A DNA stretch of 58,125 nucleotides, filler included, from Sphacelaria rigidula (taxonomy: Eukaryota): NCBI GenBank assembly GCA_964200075.2. It is 7 parts of 7 records of this genome, joined end to end, with 100 filler letters (N's around TTAATTAATTAA, not from the genome) between each part and the next. Parts side by side here need not be neighbours in the genome. Positions count along the whole stretch, not along the records: positions 41,592 to 49,808 come from CAXNAA020011881.1; positions 49,909 to 58,125 come from CAXNAA020011882.1; 5 more parts are not named here. One strand, given 5' to 3'. Below are positions 47,752-58,125 of the stretch, in pieces; the stretch's first letter is position 1; each line of letters starts with the position of its first letter. The translations under genes and the position numbers were made by a program. The notes below the pieces were generated by a model that saw nothing but the letters and a program-made list of their open reading frames with translations, made no database searches and was not told the DNA's origin.

Positions 47752-48781
47752 GCCTGTGCAAGCAGGGGATTCCGACGAGAACGGACCATCGTTTTGTTTA
47801 GGAATGTACCGAGGTCGAAATAATTATGTTTGAACATGTTATTGAGCTGTAAAAATTACGAATGGATCTTTCGAGGAATTGTCGAAAATATTTCGATGCT
47901 CCTAACGGTTCCCAATGATCATCGTCGAAAACAAAATAAGTGCATCCGCATTTTGAAACATACTACCGTGTTTTAAGAAGATTCCCAACCCTCACCTTTG
48001 AAAACAAATTCACCCGCAATTTGGTGAATCGCACGTTGAGTTTATCTTTTTGTGAACCCCCCCCCGGCCCTTCTTCCTCCTGTGATCGTTTAATCTGTTC
48101 CGTCCGGTTAACCAAAATACGGCGGGTATGGCCTATATGCTCTATCCGTGCGAGTTAGTCTACGATTTTGCCGCCTAGCATATATATATATATATCATGT
48201 ACTGAAAGAGAGCAGTAAATAGTTTTTGATAGTAACCACAATGGCCCAGTACTAAAAAAGCCACTTTGTCTTGTTCGGTGTTGCAGATTCTCTGAAGTCA
48301 AGATTCGCGGCGCAAGCCAGAAACGTTGTTTGATGGTAGCCGTGTTTGTACTGGTGGGCATTATTTCGCCGGCATCCTCATTTATTTTCCAACTTCGTTT
48401 TGGGTCTCGAGAAGAGTCTAAACACCCTCAACTATTTGCCAATTGTTTCCAGATACCAACATCATGTATGCCAATCAGGCGTTGGGAAGACAAAATAAAT
48501 GAAAGCAGCGATATAAGCATCTCGACTGGAAAGATCTTGGCGAGAGGTTGAATTATGTACAGTTGTCGACCCCACATGCGTAACCCCATTCAAGTTTCGA
48601 AGCACAAACGTGGCTCTATATATATCGTCCTAGCTAGTCCTTGCCACTACTCTATAGGCATGATGTAAGTGCAAGGTTCCCAAGAGAAGATCGCTACAAC
48701 GAAACAGCAGCCGCTATGAACGAAGTGTGTGCGATGATCTATGCGAAATACGCCTGATGGAGGGTACGATAAATTGCCACG

Positions 48782-49508
48782 CTAGGCAGAGCTGAGCAGC
48801 CTGATGAGCACTGCCGGGTAGTCGTGAAGCTGGGCCCACTTCAGAGCGATTCTCCCGGTTGCATCCCCGAGAGTACGGTCTGCCCCTGCAGGAAAAAAAT
48901 TGAGGCGCCATTCATGTTCGTCAGCACTACTCGCGCATGCGAGTATCATCGTGGTGAAACCTAATATTAGATGAGGTTGGGAAGATTGACATTGAGGTAT
49001 GCAAGGGGAAATTTCAGGCTCACGCATTACGTTGACAGTGGGTGAGGTGCACATCTCCGAAAATTATGCGCGGTGAGCGCATGGGTGTCAGTGGATCATG
49101 GCGATGAAGACGGCGAGCGGCGTATAGACAAGCCTCCCATGGGACAAGACCAGAGTCTTCTGGGGCCAAATCATCTCTTCTTTGCGTTGACCAATCGTGT
49201 GTCGAGTCGGAGTACCAATACGTGCCGAACGAACGTGTGCGTAACTGTGCCTGCGTGTACGAACACCTTCACTTGGCGTTGCGCACCCACTGACCTGGTC
49301 CCTGCACAACGATACTCGATGGTTTTATTGCTGGTGAAGACGTGCCGATAAGTGAGAAAAATTTGCTTATCATATTCAAGCTTTAATTGTGACACACACA
49401 TGCTTGCTCTCGAGAACCTCTTGTCTCACCATTCTTGACGAGAAGCGCAGCCATCGCGTGGTCTCCCTCCCGAGCTGCAATGTGTAGCGGCGTCATGCCA
49501 TCCTCGTC
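48782..49508 (-). CDS. Ankyrin-repeat protein, last two exons (about 49508-49430 and 48885-48782)
   Basis: DEDGMTPLHIAAREGDHAMAALLVKN|GADRTLGDATGRIALKWAQ..* is a canonical ankyrin repeat joined across a phase-1 GT-AG intron. The upstream acceptor is uncertain. Confidence 0.82.
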
Positions 49509-49808
49509 CTCATTTTCACAGGACACACAATCAACACAACATTCGGTTAGCGTACCTTGTGATATTAACGGCGGCACGATTAGCCTTAGAGTACCACCAT
49601 CAGATATACTTACGTGCAACATCTGGCACGTCACGCAGTTCCAGCATGCTCAGCCAAGGTTCGCAGTTGAGAATTTACACCCCGGCGGAATGAGATCGAC
49701 CCCTTGAGGCCGCGAACGAACGTCCGGGTCGGGGGGGGGGGGGGGGGGGGTGCGCACCCCCCTCCTTTTGCGGGGGGGGCCACCACCCCGCCACGCGGCG
49801 AGGGTGCG

Positions 49809-49908
49809 NNNNNNNNNNNNNNNNNNNNNNNNNNNNNNNNNNNNNNNNNNNNTTAATTAATTAANNNNNNNNNNNNNNNNNNNNNNNNNNNNNNNNNNNN
49901 NNNNNNNN
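49809..49908. other. Artificial contig linker
   Basis: Same N44-TTAATTAATTAA-N44 structure. Confidence 0.98.
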
Positions 49909-50025
49909 TGACCCCCCGATTTTTTTTTTTTTGACTTGGTCCAAATCCGTGTCCATAAAATACGTTCCCCGATTTTTTGTCCCCCCGATTTTGAAAAAAT
50001 CAAGGTTCGTGCTTGCCATAAAAGT

Positions 50026-50378
50026 GGGTATTAGGCCGTTTCTTCCGGTTCGTATTTTGTTTGGCTCGTATTTTCCACTTTTAGGACATTTGACGAGGTT
50101 TTTGAACCCCAAGCAGGAAAAATCGCCACCACACGTCTTGGACACTTTGTATCACCCCACCGAGAGGAGCCTAGCCCACTTTTCCGATTCACCCGGGTCA
50201 GATATTTCGAGAGGACCTCTGGACAAAAATACGAGGAAGACATATATTGCACAGTCCGTAGGTATTTTCACCTGAACGATTTTTCCTGTTTGGGGGTCAA
50301 AAACCTTGTCAAATGTCCTAAAAAGTGGAAAATACGAGCCAAACAAAATACGAACCGGAAGAAACGGCCTTACGTCCC
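50026..50378. repeat. Long inverted repeat (arms about 93 bp: 50033-50125 and 50277-50370), foldback/MITE-like
   Basis: AGGCCGTTTCTTCCGGTTCGTATTTTGTTTGGCTCGTATTTTCCACTTTT... and its near-exact reverse complement. Confidence 0.85.
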
Positions 50379-53022
50379 AAAGCTGAAAAATCCCCCCGAA
50401 AAAAAGTATGAAACGGCCGCATTTTCTTATTTGAGTGCTGCGGAAAAAATGCGCCAAAATATCGGCGGATGCGAATCCGCAAATGCCACATTCCACGAGG
50501 TGAGTTTTTTGTCATTTCAGTCCAGCTGATGCGCTAGCGACGCACCGTAGCACCGCAGCACATATCTGGAGCGCTGATGAATATGCGGGGCTGTGCTCCG
50601 GGGCATGAATGTTTGATCACCTCGACTGTACCTGCACCGAGACCCGTCGGATTTTTATTCTGATAATGGAATATTTTGTACTTGAAATAATGAAGCGTGG
50701 GAAACGCCGCAGCCTAGTACCTTTCCAGCCGGTCTGTCCAGCCAAGAGGGACGGGGGAACAAGTCATAGACACTGAAAGGACAGCAGGTTTTGGTAGTTG
50801 GGTATTGGAGGATACTGCCAGTGAAAGATGCAATATGATAATATTACCTGTTACCCACACCCATTGCGATCCACAATGAGTTGCGTCCCCTAAATATCCA
50901 GCACTCTCAGAGAATCAGTCGATATATAGCCTTTTCAAAGAACCCTTTCGATGCGTGAAAATCATTCTGCACTGTCACCACAATTGATGTGGCATGAACC
51001 TTCATCATCTTCAATCGTTGCTCAGGAGCACCTATCGATACTCCTTACTCACTACCGTATGAGCTAGAACATCCCATCAATAGGTACTACCATCAGCGGT
51101 AGGGGATGCTTTTGCCGAAGAACCTGATGCTATGGCAATACTCATAGTCTGGCTTTTGCCACAAGTCTCTACAGACATTCTATATCACTTCAACAGTGAC
51201 ATGGCAACGTCACGGATCCAACAGCCTACACGTCACGCGTGGCGACACACACACCACACGAACAGAGTATTGACACGTGACAGCCAGTACGACACCCAGT
51301 ATCGTGCGGCAACATGAAACTACTTGTTCTGTCTCACATGAACTGGAGCCGTATACACACACCGTGTAGGTGCCCTCTCGACGTGGCGCCATGCCCGCGT
51401 CCGATCCCTAGCAATAGGCTTGAAAAAGATCGCTCACTTCGAAGTACTGTAGTAGTGACAGGCTCACCAGACGGATTTGCACAAATCGACGACTTGCGGT
51501 TCACAAGGCGATAACCGCTGTAAGTTGTGGACTGCCAGTCCTTCTGTGATATGAACTCCTGTAGTACCGTGCAAGTAGGACTGGCCACCAAAAAGTAGCA
51601 GCCTAAGAGGACTTTGCGAGAGACAATGTTTGAAAGCTTCGTCCGAAACTTATGCAGACCAGATGTTCGCACTTTTGTTTTTTCATTAGGTAGTGAGGCA
51701 ATATCATTGGGTAAGACCTGCAGTCACATGGAGATTGTAGGGTGTACCACTACTGTATAAATACGATGGATACGTACAAAACACTTTATTTTGTTGTTGT
51801 TGTTTTTGTTGTTATCAATTCTTCGATGCAGCTCATTTCAATGTACGTTGCTGTCTACGATTATACTGACTGCATTGCTGATACGCCACTGTTCTTGGAG
51901 GGGATATGAACCACGCGATCTGGTGCCTGCGGAATCGATACCGACCAAAGCAAATTGCGAGTACCCCACGAAGCCGGAAATATATTTTACTGAATATTAT
52001 ATGGGTGAGATCACTTGTGTATTCATATATGTTCGGTAAAGTAGTGAACATAAAAGTTTCAGTCAATGCAGCGCTTACTTCGTATATCTTCCCCAAACGG
52101 GTCTGAGAAGGCGAACAAGGGAGAATAAACCGTTCCGATCGCGGAAATGAAATTGACGATGATGAGATCTCATATATTTCATATCATATTTCCATCGCCT
52201 TGGGCTGTTGTTGTCGCACGTGCACTCGCAAGTCTGATCAAGAGCTTCATGCACAGTATTTCCCGGAAAGCATCGGAGAACTGCTTGCATCGCGCACGTA
52301 CGGCCAAACCATGATGGGGGTGACATCACCATCAGGACGCCCACTTTTGGGTAACCTAGCAGGTGTGATGTGCGTGCATGTATGAACTCGAACAGCAATG
52401 CAGTACAACAACAGTAGTCGAATCTACTCTCCTTGTGTACACATGATTTCGATGGGTTGCCCACGGACGACAGTGGATCATGTCGAACTCGGCTTTGATT
52501 GCGTGATAGACAAGAAGGAATAGTTTCGCGTTTGGTACCGTTGGCATGGCAACACCGAAAACATATGGGAAGAGTGGAGCGGGATTTTACAGCCCAGCTC
52601 ATCATTATAGTATAATGTAATAGTATAATACTGTCGCGGATACGACCACGAGTACTGTATACTGCCTTGCCCAACATACTGCGGATCCTCAAATCTTTGC
52701 ACCCCCCGCAGCCTATCACTCCCTAATTCCAACATTGCAAGAGCAGGTCGGGTAGGGTGTTCTTAACGTCCGGTGTTTGGAAAAGTCATGCTCGTATTAA
52801 TAGTACCCAAACATTGCACGAGCTGGTCCAGCTGACCGTGATTTCTTAATGTTTCCGGGCCCGGCTATGGGTATTCGAGAAGTTCGGCACTGAAATTTCG
52901 AAATTTCGAAGGTTTTGTTCTGTAGGGTTCGGGTACGTTCTGTAGGGTATGAGATCCCTGCCAGAACTTACAGAAATATCGGGTACCGGTACAGATGTCT
53001 TACAGAGTTTCCGACAGTGTTT

Positions 53023-55183
53023 CAACGGCAGGTCGAGAAGAGTATGTACTTTCAGAGTACTGGAGTAAAATAGTGGAGTATTTATATTTACTCTACTCAA
53101 AGTTTGAGTAGGTCGAGCACGATCTCAAATACGTCATTCAAATTTTGAGTAGATCGAGTACAGCCTCGAATACTCTACTGAAATTTTGAGATGATCGAGT
53201 GCGACCTCACTACAGTTGTCAGCGTCAGAAGTATGCAGAATCCGTAATTTCTTAGTTTCTCAAAGATTGTCCGAATTTGTTTTGCTTGCCACNNNNNNNN
53301 NNCTCTTGACAACTATTGAAAGAAAATCATCTGCGATCAATCATGAGTGACTTACGGGCTTAACCGATGTTCGGGGGTCCTGCGAAAATACGACCCCAGG
53401 CTCCAGCTTTCCGGTGTTTTCGGTGTTTTCGGTGGACCGACTCGATCCGGATAAAATAAGTGAAGAGTCAAAAAGGATCGTTTTTTTTTAATTCCACTTA
53501 GTCACTGCGCTAGAGTAGGACAACTATGTTTCTTGGACCATTTACGTTCAATAAAACCCTCCTGATAAACGGGGTATTTACCCGGTATCTCCCCCACAAC
53601 AAAAACTTGGGCGATTGTGATTTGAGCACGGTTTACTTATTTTGCCAAAGCTATCGACACTAGCACTTTCGAGTGCTCATGGAGAATGTTATGCGGAAAA
53701 CTCCCGAAAATAGGCCACCCGCAGAAAATGCTAGACTGAGGTCTGTGCAGTATACGAGGGAAACACAATCTCGATCGTTATTGCGAAGAATTCTAAACGT
53801 ATTATCTTATCTGCATATTCACCGTTTCATCGCTGAAGAGCGGGAAAACTGATTGTACTGGACCAAAAACGGTCAATAGCACCCTCCTGATAAACGGGGT
53901 ATTATATCCGTATCGCCCCAAAAACACCAACGTGAGCACCGCAGTTTAAGCGCGGCCTACGCTTTCTCCCTAAATCTACCGGCGCTAGCACTTTCAAGTA
54001 GTAGTGAAGAATGGTACTCCAGAAAAACTTAGAAAAAAGGACAACTACGAATTCTGAATACTTCCGACGCTGACTACTATACTCTACTCAAATTTTTACT
54101 TGATCGAGTACGACCTCCAATCCTCTACTCAAATACTGAGTAAGCACTCTCAGTAATACTTGAATACTTGAGTATAGACTATCACTTGGGTATGGTGAGT
54201 ATCCGTTACCGTCGACGACTTCGTGACGTCACTTCACACACTATGTTGTATACATGGGCGAACTATGCCCATCAATTAGATGGGTGGCGTTACATTACAG
54301 GCTACAAGGAGTATAAGGGAATGGTGGCCATAAAAAAAAAACGTGCAGGGGAATGAACGGTGGACCTACCTGCCCCAGCGTCCCATCTTACCAGCCCTCA
54401 CCCACGGCAGTACGTACTCGATACCTCGCAATGCCTTCGATATCACTTTCAGTACAGAGCGCTACTCATCATCATTGCGTAATCGAGGAGACGGGTAGTC
54501 GAGCGGGTATTATCAAAATGAGCGACTCTACTGGCCACATGTGACTCCTCCATTGAAGAGTCAGGGGTGGAAACAGTGCAAGACGCGGAAACATCGGAAC
54601 AGTCACCACAGGAAGGAACAGGAGAAGGCGCGACAGGGTCAGAAATGATGGACGTGACCCCAAAAGAGACTCCGGCGGTCCGCGTTGTAGAGGCGGCTCC
54701 CGTGTACAGAACCAACGGAAATGTGTACAAGGTGTTGAGTACGACCTCGGATACTCTACTCAAATATTGAGTAAGCACCGTCAGTAATACTTGAGTATAA
54801 AGTACCACTTGGGTATGACCTCAATACTCTACTCAAGCTCTGAGTGGATCGAGTACGGCCTCAAACACTCTACTCGGATTCCAAGTAGGTTGAGTACGGC
54901 CGTAAATACCCCACTCAAATTGAGTAGATCGAGTTCGACCCCAAATACTCTACTCGAATATTGAGTAAGCACTCTCAGTAGTACTTGAGTATAGCATCGC
55001 TTGAGTATGACCTCAATACTCTACTCAAATTTTTAGTAGATTGAGTATGACCTCAAATAGTTTACTCAAAATTTGAGTTGTTTGAGTACGGCCTCAAATA
55101 CTCTACTCAAACTTCGAGTACTAACAATATGACTCTTCGAAAATACTGAGTATTGAGTATATACTCTACTCGACCTGCCCTTG
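53023..55183. mobile_element. hAT-like non-autonomous element with palindromic subterminal repeats of about 40 bp
   Basis: 28-bp TIRs CAACGGCAGGTCGAGAAGAGTATGTACT / AGTATATACTCTACTCGACCTGCCCTTG. 8-bp TSD CAGTGTTT / CAGAGTTT. Repeat unit TACTCTACTCAAATTTTGAGTAGATCGAGTACGACCTCAAA. Confidence 0.85.
53213..54079. mobile_element. Tc1/mariner-like non-autonomous element (contains a 10-N gap at 53293-53302)
   Basis: TIRs of about 34 bp, CAGTTGTCAGCGTCAGAAGTATGCAGAATCCGTA / TACGAATTCTGAATACTTCCGACGCTGACTACTA, flanked by TA on both sides. Removing it restores the host repeat unit. Confidence 0.85.
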
Positions 55184-56209
55184 CAGAGTTTACAGAACTA
55201 TCGGGTACCGGTATGAAAGTCTTACAGAAATTACAGAACTTGTCGGGTACGGTACGTGAGGCTTACAGAGAGCCGGTACCGGCAATCGCGTAACTTATTT
55301 AGGGCATACCCGCCCGTCGGGTTAGGGTAAAGTTTTTGTACAGAGCTCACAGAACTGTCGGGTAAGGGTATGGGAGGCGTGCAGAACTCACAGAAACTGT
55401 CGGGGAGGGTTTGGGGGTTGCACAGAAAACCGTACCCGCAATCAGGTATCTCACCAAGAGCGTACCCGTGCCCCCCTGTAACGGTACGGGAGTCTTGCAG
55501 AGATTTCAGAACTATCGGGTAGCGAAATACAGATGACAGTTCACGAAAACTCTGAACGGCTTCACGGGAAAGACTACACGAACAATCGCAGTAGTACATG
55601 TGCACGGGATCGTCAACATCTATCTGCTTCACGTACACTCGTAGGGAGTATATAGAAGAGCACTCACGGCTGCCCGTTCTCTGGAAGCCCATCGGCACGC
55701 GACAAAATCGCCGACGGCCTTGATGACTTTTGGTGGCGGCTCATACTCTTTGCTATACATGTCGATAACGATCGGGCGTTTGATGACCACGACACAACCA
55801 CCATCATCGTCGAGGACGTGCGTCTTGCTACTTGACCCCCTGGTAGCGCAGATGAATCGCCCCCGCTCGAACCGCCACTCGATTCTGGGGATGATCCATC
55901 ATGACGGTCTGCAGTGCTGCTCATGTTTCGTGTTTCCATTCAGCGGTACCTCGTATCCCGTCAGATTACGAACTAGAGAACTTTTCAACATTGAACTATT
56001 GTTAGTGTGCAGTTTTGAATGAAGGGGTCGGGTGGGTTGATCGATGTGAGATACATGTTGAGGTCATGCGGTTGTGTGTGGATCGAACCTATATCCGTAC
56101 CTCCCCAAGGTATATACCTTTGCTCACAACTGCAATCAGGCATATCTATAACGGTATACCCTAACCCCGGGTAGGGGTATCGGAGGCTTACAGAGCTCAA
56201 AGAACTGTC

Positions 56210-56465
56210 GAGTGATGCTACGGTAGGGGTGCACAAATATTTTCTGGGGTTAGAATTGTTAGGAGCCCTTTCTCTCACGCAAAACGCGACCTATGAAAAT
56301 ATGTGAGAGTACCCCAGGATTACTACTCTAATGTGCTGGCGATATCCCGAATATATTAACAAACGGGGATGTCCTGACCCATATTTTGTACATCTTGAAT
56401 CGTTAAGAGCCCCTGAACTAGACATAATTTCGCGGAAAAAGTGCACCCCGACCGTAGCATTGCTC
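56210..56465. mobile_element. 256-bp MITE with GAG...CTC ends and a 4-bp TSD (Sola-like)
   Basis: TIRs GAGTGATGCTACGGTAGGGGTGCAC / GTGCACCCCGACCGTAGCATTGCTC. Exact TSD TGTC at 56206-56209 and 56466-56469. Confidence 0.85.
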
Positions 56466-56933
56466 TGTCGGGTACCGGTACACTTACATAAATTACAGAA
56501 CTTGTCGGGTACGGTGAGGCTTACAGAGAACCGGTACTGGCAATCGCGTAACTTTTTCAGGGCATACCCGCCCCTCGGGTTAGGGTAAAGTTTTCGTACA
56601 GAACTCACAGAACTGTCGGGTAAGGGTATGCGATGGTCGCAGAACTCACAGAAACTGTCGGGTAGGGTATGGAGGTTGCACAGAAAACCGTACCCGCAAT
56701 CAGATATCTCATCAAGAGCGTACCCGTGCCCCCCGGTAACGGTACGGGAGTCTTGCAGAGGTTTCAGAACTATCGGATGGGGGTATGAAGGTCTTACAGA
56801 GTTTACAGAACTGTCGGGTACTGGTATGGAAATCTTACAGAAGTCACAGAACTGTCGGGTACGGTAAATACCAGACAAAATACCCCGAGTATATAGAAAA
56901 CCGTACCCTCCAGAACACAACCTGAGAAATTAT

Positions 56934-57349
56934 CAGGGAGGGATACGTGACACACGTGACACATTTAAAAAAAAACGGAAAAAACGTAACTTTGGGCCAT
57001 TTAACGCTACGTAAGGCTCGATTTTTCGGACGGGACTGTTGCAACGTAACGTGATGTGACATGTGGGCCTTGAAGCAGTGTCTCTTGGTGTTTTCCAGAC
57101 GTGAAAAAAGGCTGTTTACGTGGATTTTTAACGTGACACGTGACATATTCACGAAAACAAGCGGATTTTTCGTCACATTTGGAAAGTAAAACGCAATGTT
57201 GGGGTTCATGCAGAGGACCACACGTTACATCACGTTACGTTACATTTGTCTCATCCAAGAAATCAAATCTTATGCAGCGTTCAATGACCGAAGTTATGTG
57301 TTTTCGAATGTGTTACGTTGAAACGTCACGTGTTCCGTATCCCTCCCTG
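56934..57349. mobile_element. 416-bp hAT-like MITE
   Basis: Perfect 14-bp TIRs CAGGGAGGGATACG / CGTATCCCTCCCTG. 8-bp TSD GAAATTAT / GAAATTTT. Many internal ACGT(G/T)AC motifs. Confidence 0.88.
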
Positions 57350-58125
57350 GAAATTTTGACACGACATTTCTACCTTCACCAGACCAGTGTTTTTCCTTTT
57401 CGATAGTATGAAGGCATTTGTGCCATTGACGTGTACGTTCTACTAGCTCTAGTCATGTTCCGCAGTTTCAATTCTCCTGTGTTCAGAGAGAAGATCTTCG
57501 TGGGAAGATGGTAGGCACTTGTCAGCTCCAACAGCTGGCTTCACGGGCGATGCTCCATATGGGAGAAAGCTGCATGACGCACGAGGTTCATCACTGCACA
57601 TGTCCCAAGCGATTTTGCTGAAAATATATCTGTATCCGCTAGAACAGGGCGAAGTTGGTGCAGGGTTCTCTAGATGCGGGCCCCACTCTGAGCGCATCGG
57701 TCTTCAAACACACATCCATATATAAGATGCTGCTTACTGCTGTATCCGACGATGCGTACCAACCACGGCGTGACGCCTAAGGAGGAGGTACCACCTGCTC
57801 ACTGCTCAGCGACAGGGTGCAGGGTGACAGAGCATACCGCAGGACGTGGCATATGTAGCCTATTCCCGTGCTGCACTGATTTCGCGCTGTCCTATGCAGT
57901 TTGCCACATTATGAAGGCAACCGCTTGTACCTGCGGCCAACGTCTCCGCGGGATATCACCCCTCGCCACGCGCTATATCGTTACGCCACATTTTGTAAAG
58001 CTGTCCGTGTTGCAGCTGCAGCGTGCGTTTACCTCAGGTCGTGCACGCAGGAGTTCACGGTTAGGACAAATCATCACGACTCAAAATCACCAAATTCACG
58101 AGTTCTTCGGCCTGATTGCCCAGAA

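Larger units (their letters stand above)
52908..56925. mobile_element. Outer hAT-like non-autonomous element with ACAGAACTGTCGGGTA-type internal repeats, hosting nested insertions
   Basis: Imperfect TIRs AGGTTTTGTTCTGTAGGG / CCCTCCAGAACACAACCT. Flanks GAAATTTC / GAAATTAT. Internal duplication 55184-55520 vs 56466-56780. Confidence 0.55.

Noticed and set aside
8220-49908. Six TTAATTAATTAA palindromes spaced about 8.3 kb apart
   Set aside because: They are assembly linkers embedded in N runs, and the spacing reflects size-sorted contigs. For the same reason, no functional link between the viral contig and the ROCO or RNF213-like genes can be inferred from their proximity.
54736-55170. Palindromic ~40-bp repeats resembling a CRISPR array
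   Set aside because: The units are adjacent and degenerate, with no unique spacers and no cas genes. They lie inside TIRs with an 8-bp TSD, so they are transposon subterminal repeats.
55231-56920. Minus-strand ORFs of 155 and 209 aa with similar sequences
   Set aside because: They are translations of repeat units inside a non-autonomous element and show no protein motifs.

Overview
This window is not one locus. It is seven unrelated contigs of about 8.2 kb, sorted by decreasing length (8219, 8218 x4, 8217 x2 bp) and joined by artificial 100-bp linkers (44 N + TTAATTAATTAA + 44 N). Contig coordinates: C1 1-8219, C2 8320-16537, C3 16638-24855, C4 24956-33173, C5 33274-41491, C6 41592-49808, C7 49909-58125. 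The sequence is eukaryotic, intron-rich and repeat-rich, and looks like a brown alga (Phaeophyceae); this is inferred from gene and repeat content. Host gene fragments reconstructed by hand from splice sites: a P5-type ATPase (C1), the 3' part of a ROCO GTPase with a COR domain and a hydrophobic tail (C2), eight exons of a giant RNF213/mysterin-like protein including a GC-AG intron (C5), and the 3' end of an ankyrin-repeat protein (C6). Mobile DNA includes a chromodomain-Gypsy 3' end with its LTR, decayed RTE-type LINEs, tRNA-derived SINEs, and in C7 a nested stack of five TIR elements. C4 is different: gene-dense, intronless and phaeovirus/NCLDV-like. It encodes a TAF11-like histone-fold protein, a GT-B glycosyltransferase, a PRTase-like protein, modular LamG/FN3/discoidin-like proteins, and ankyrin and kinase genes with inactivating lesions, which suggests a decaying endogenous giant-virus segment. 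All family calls come from motif recognition, not database searches.
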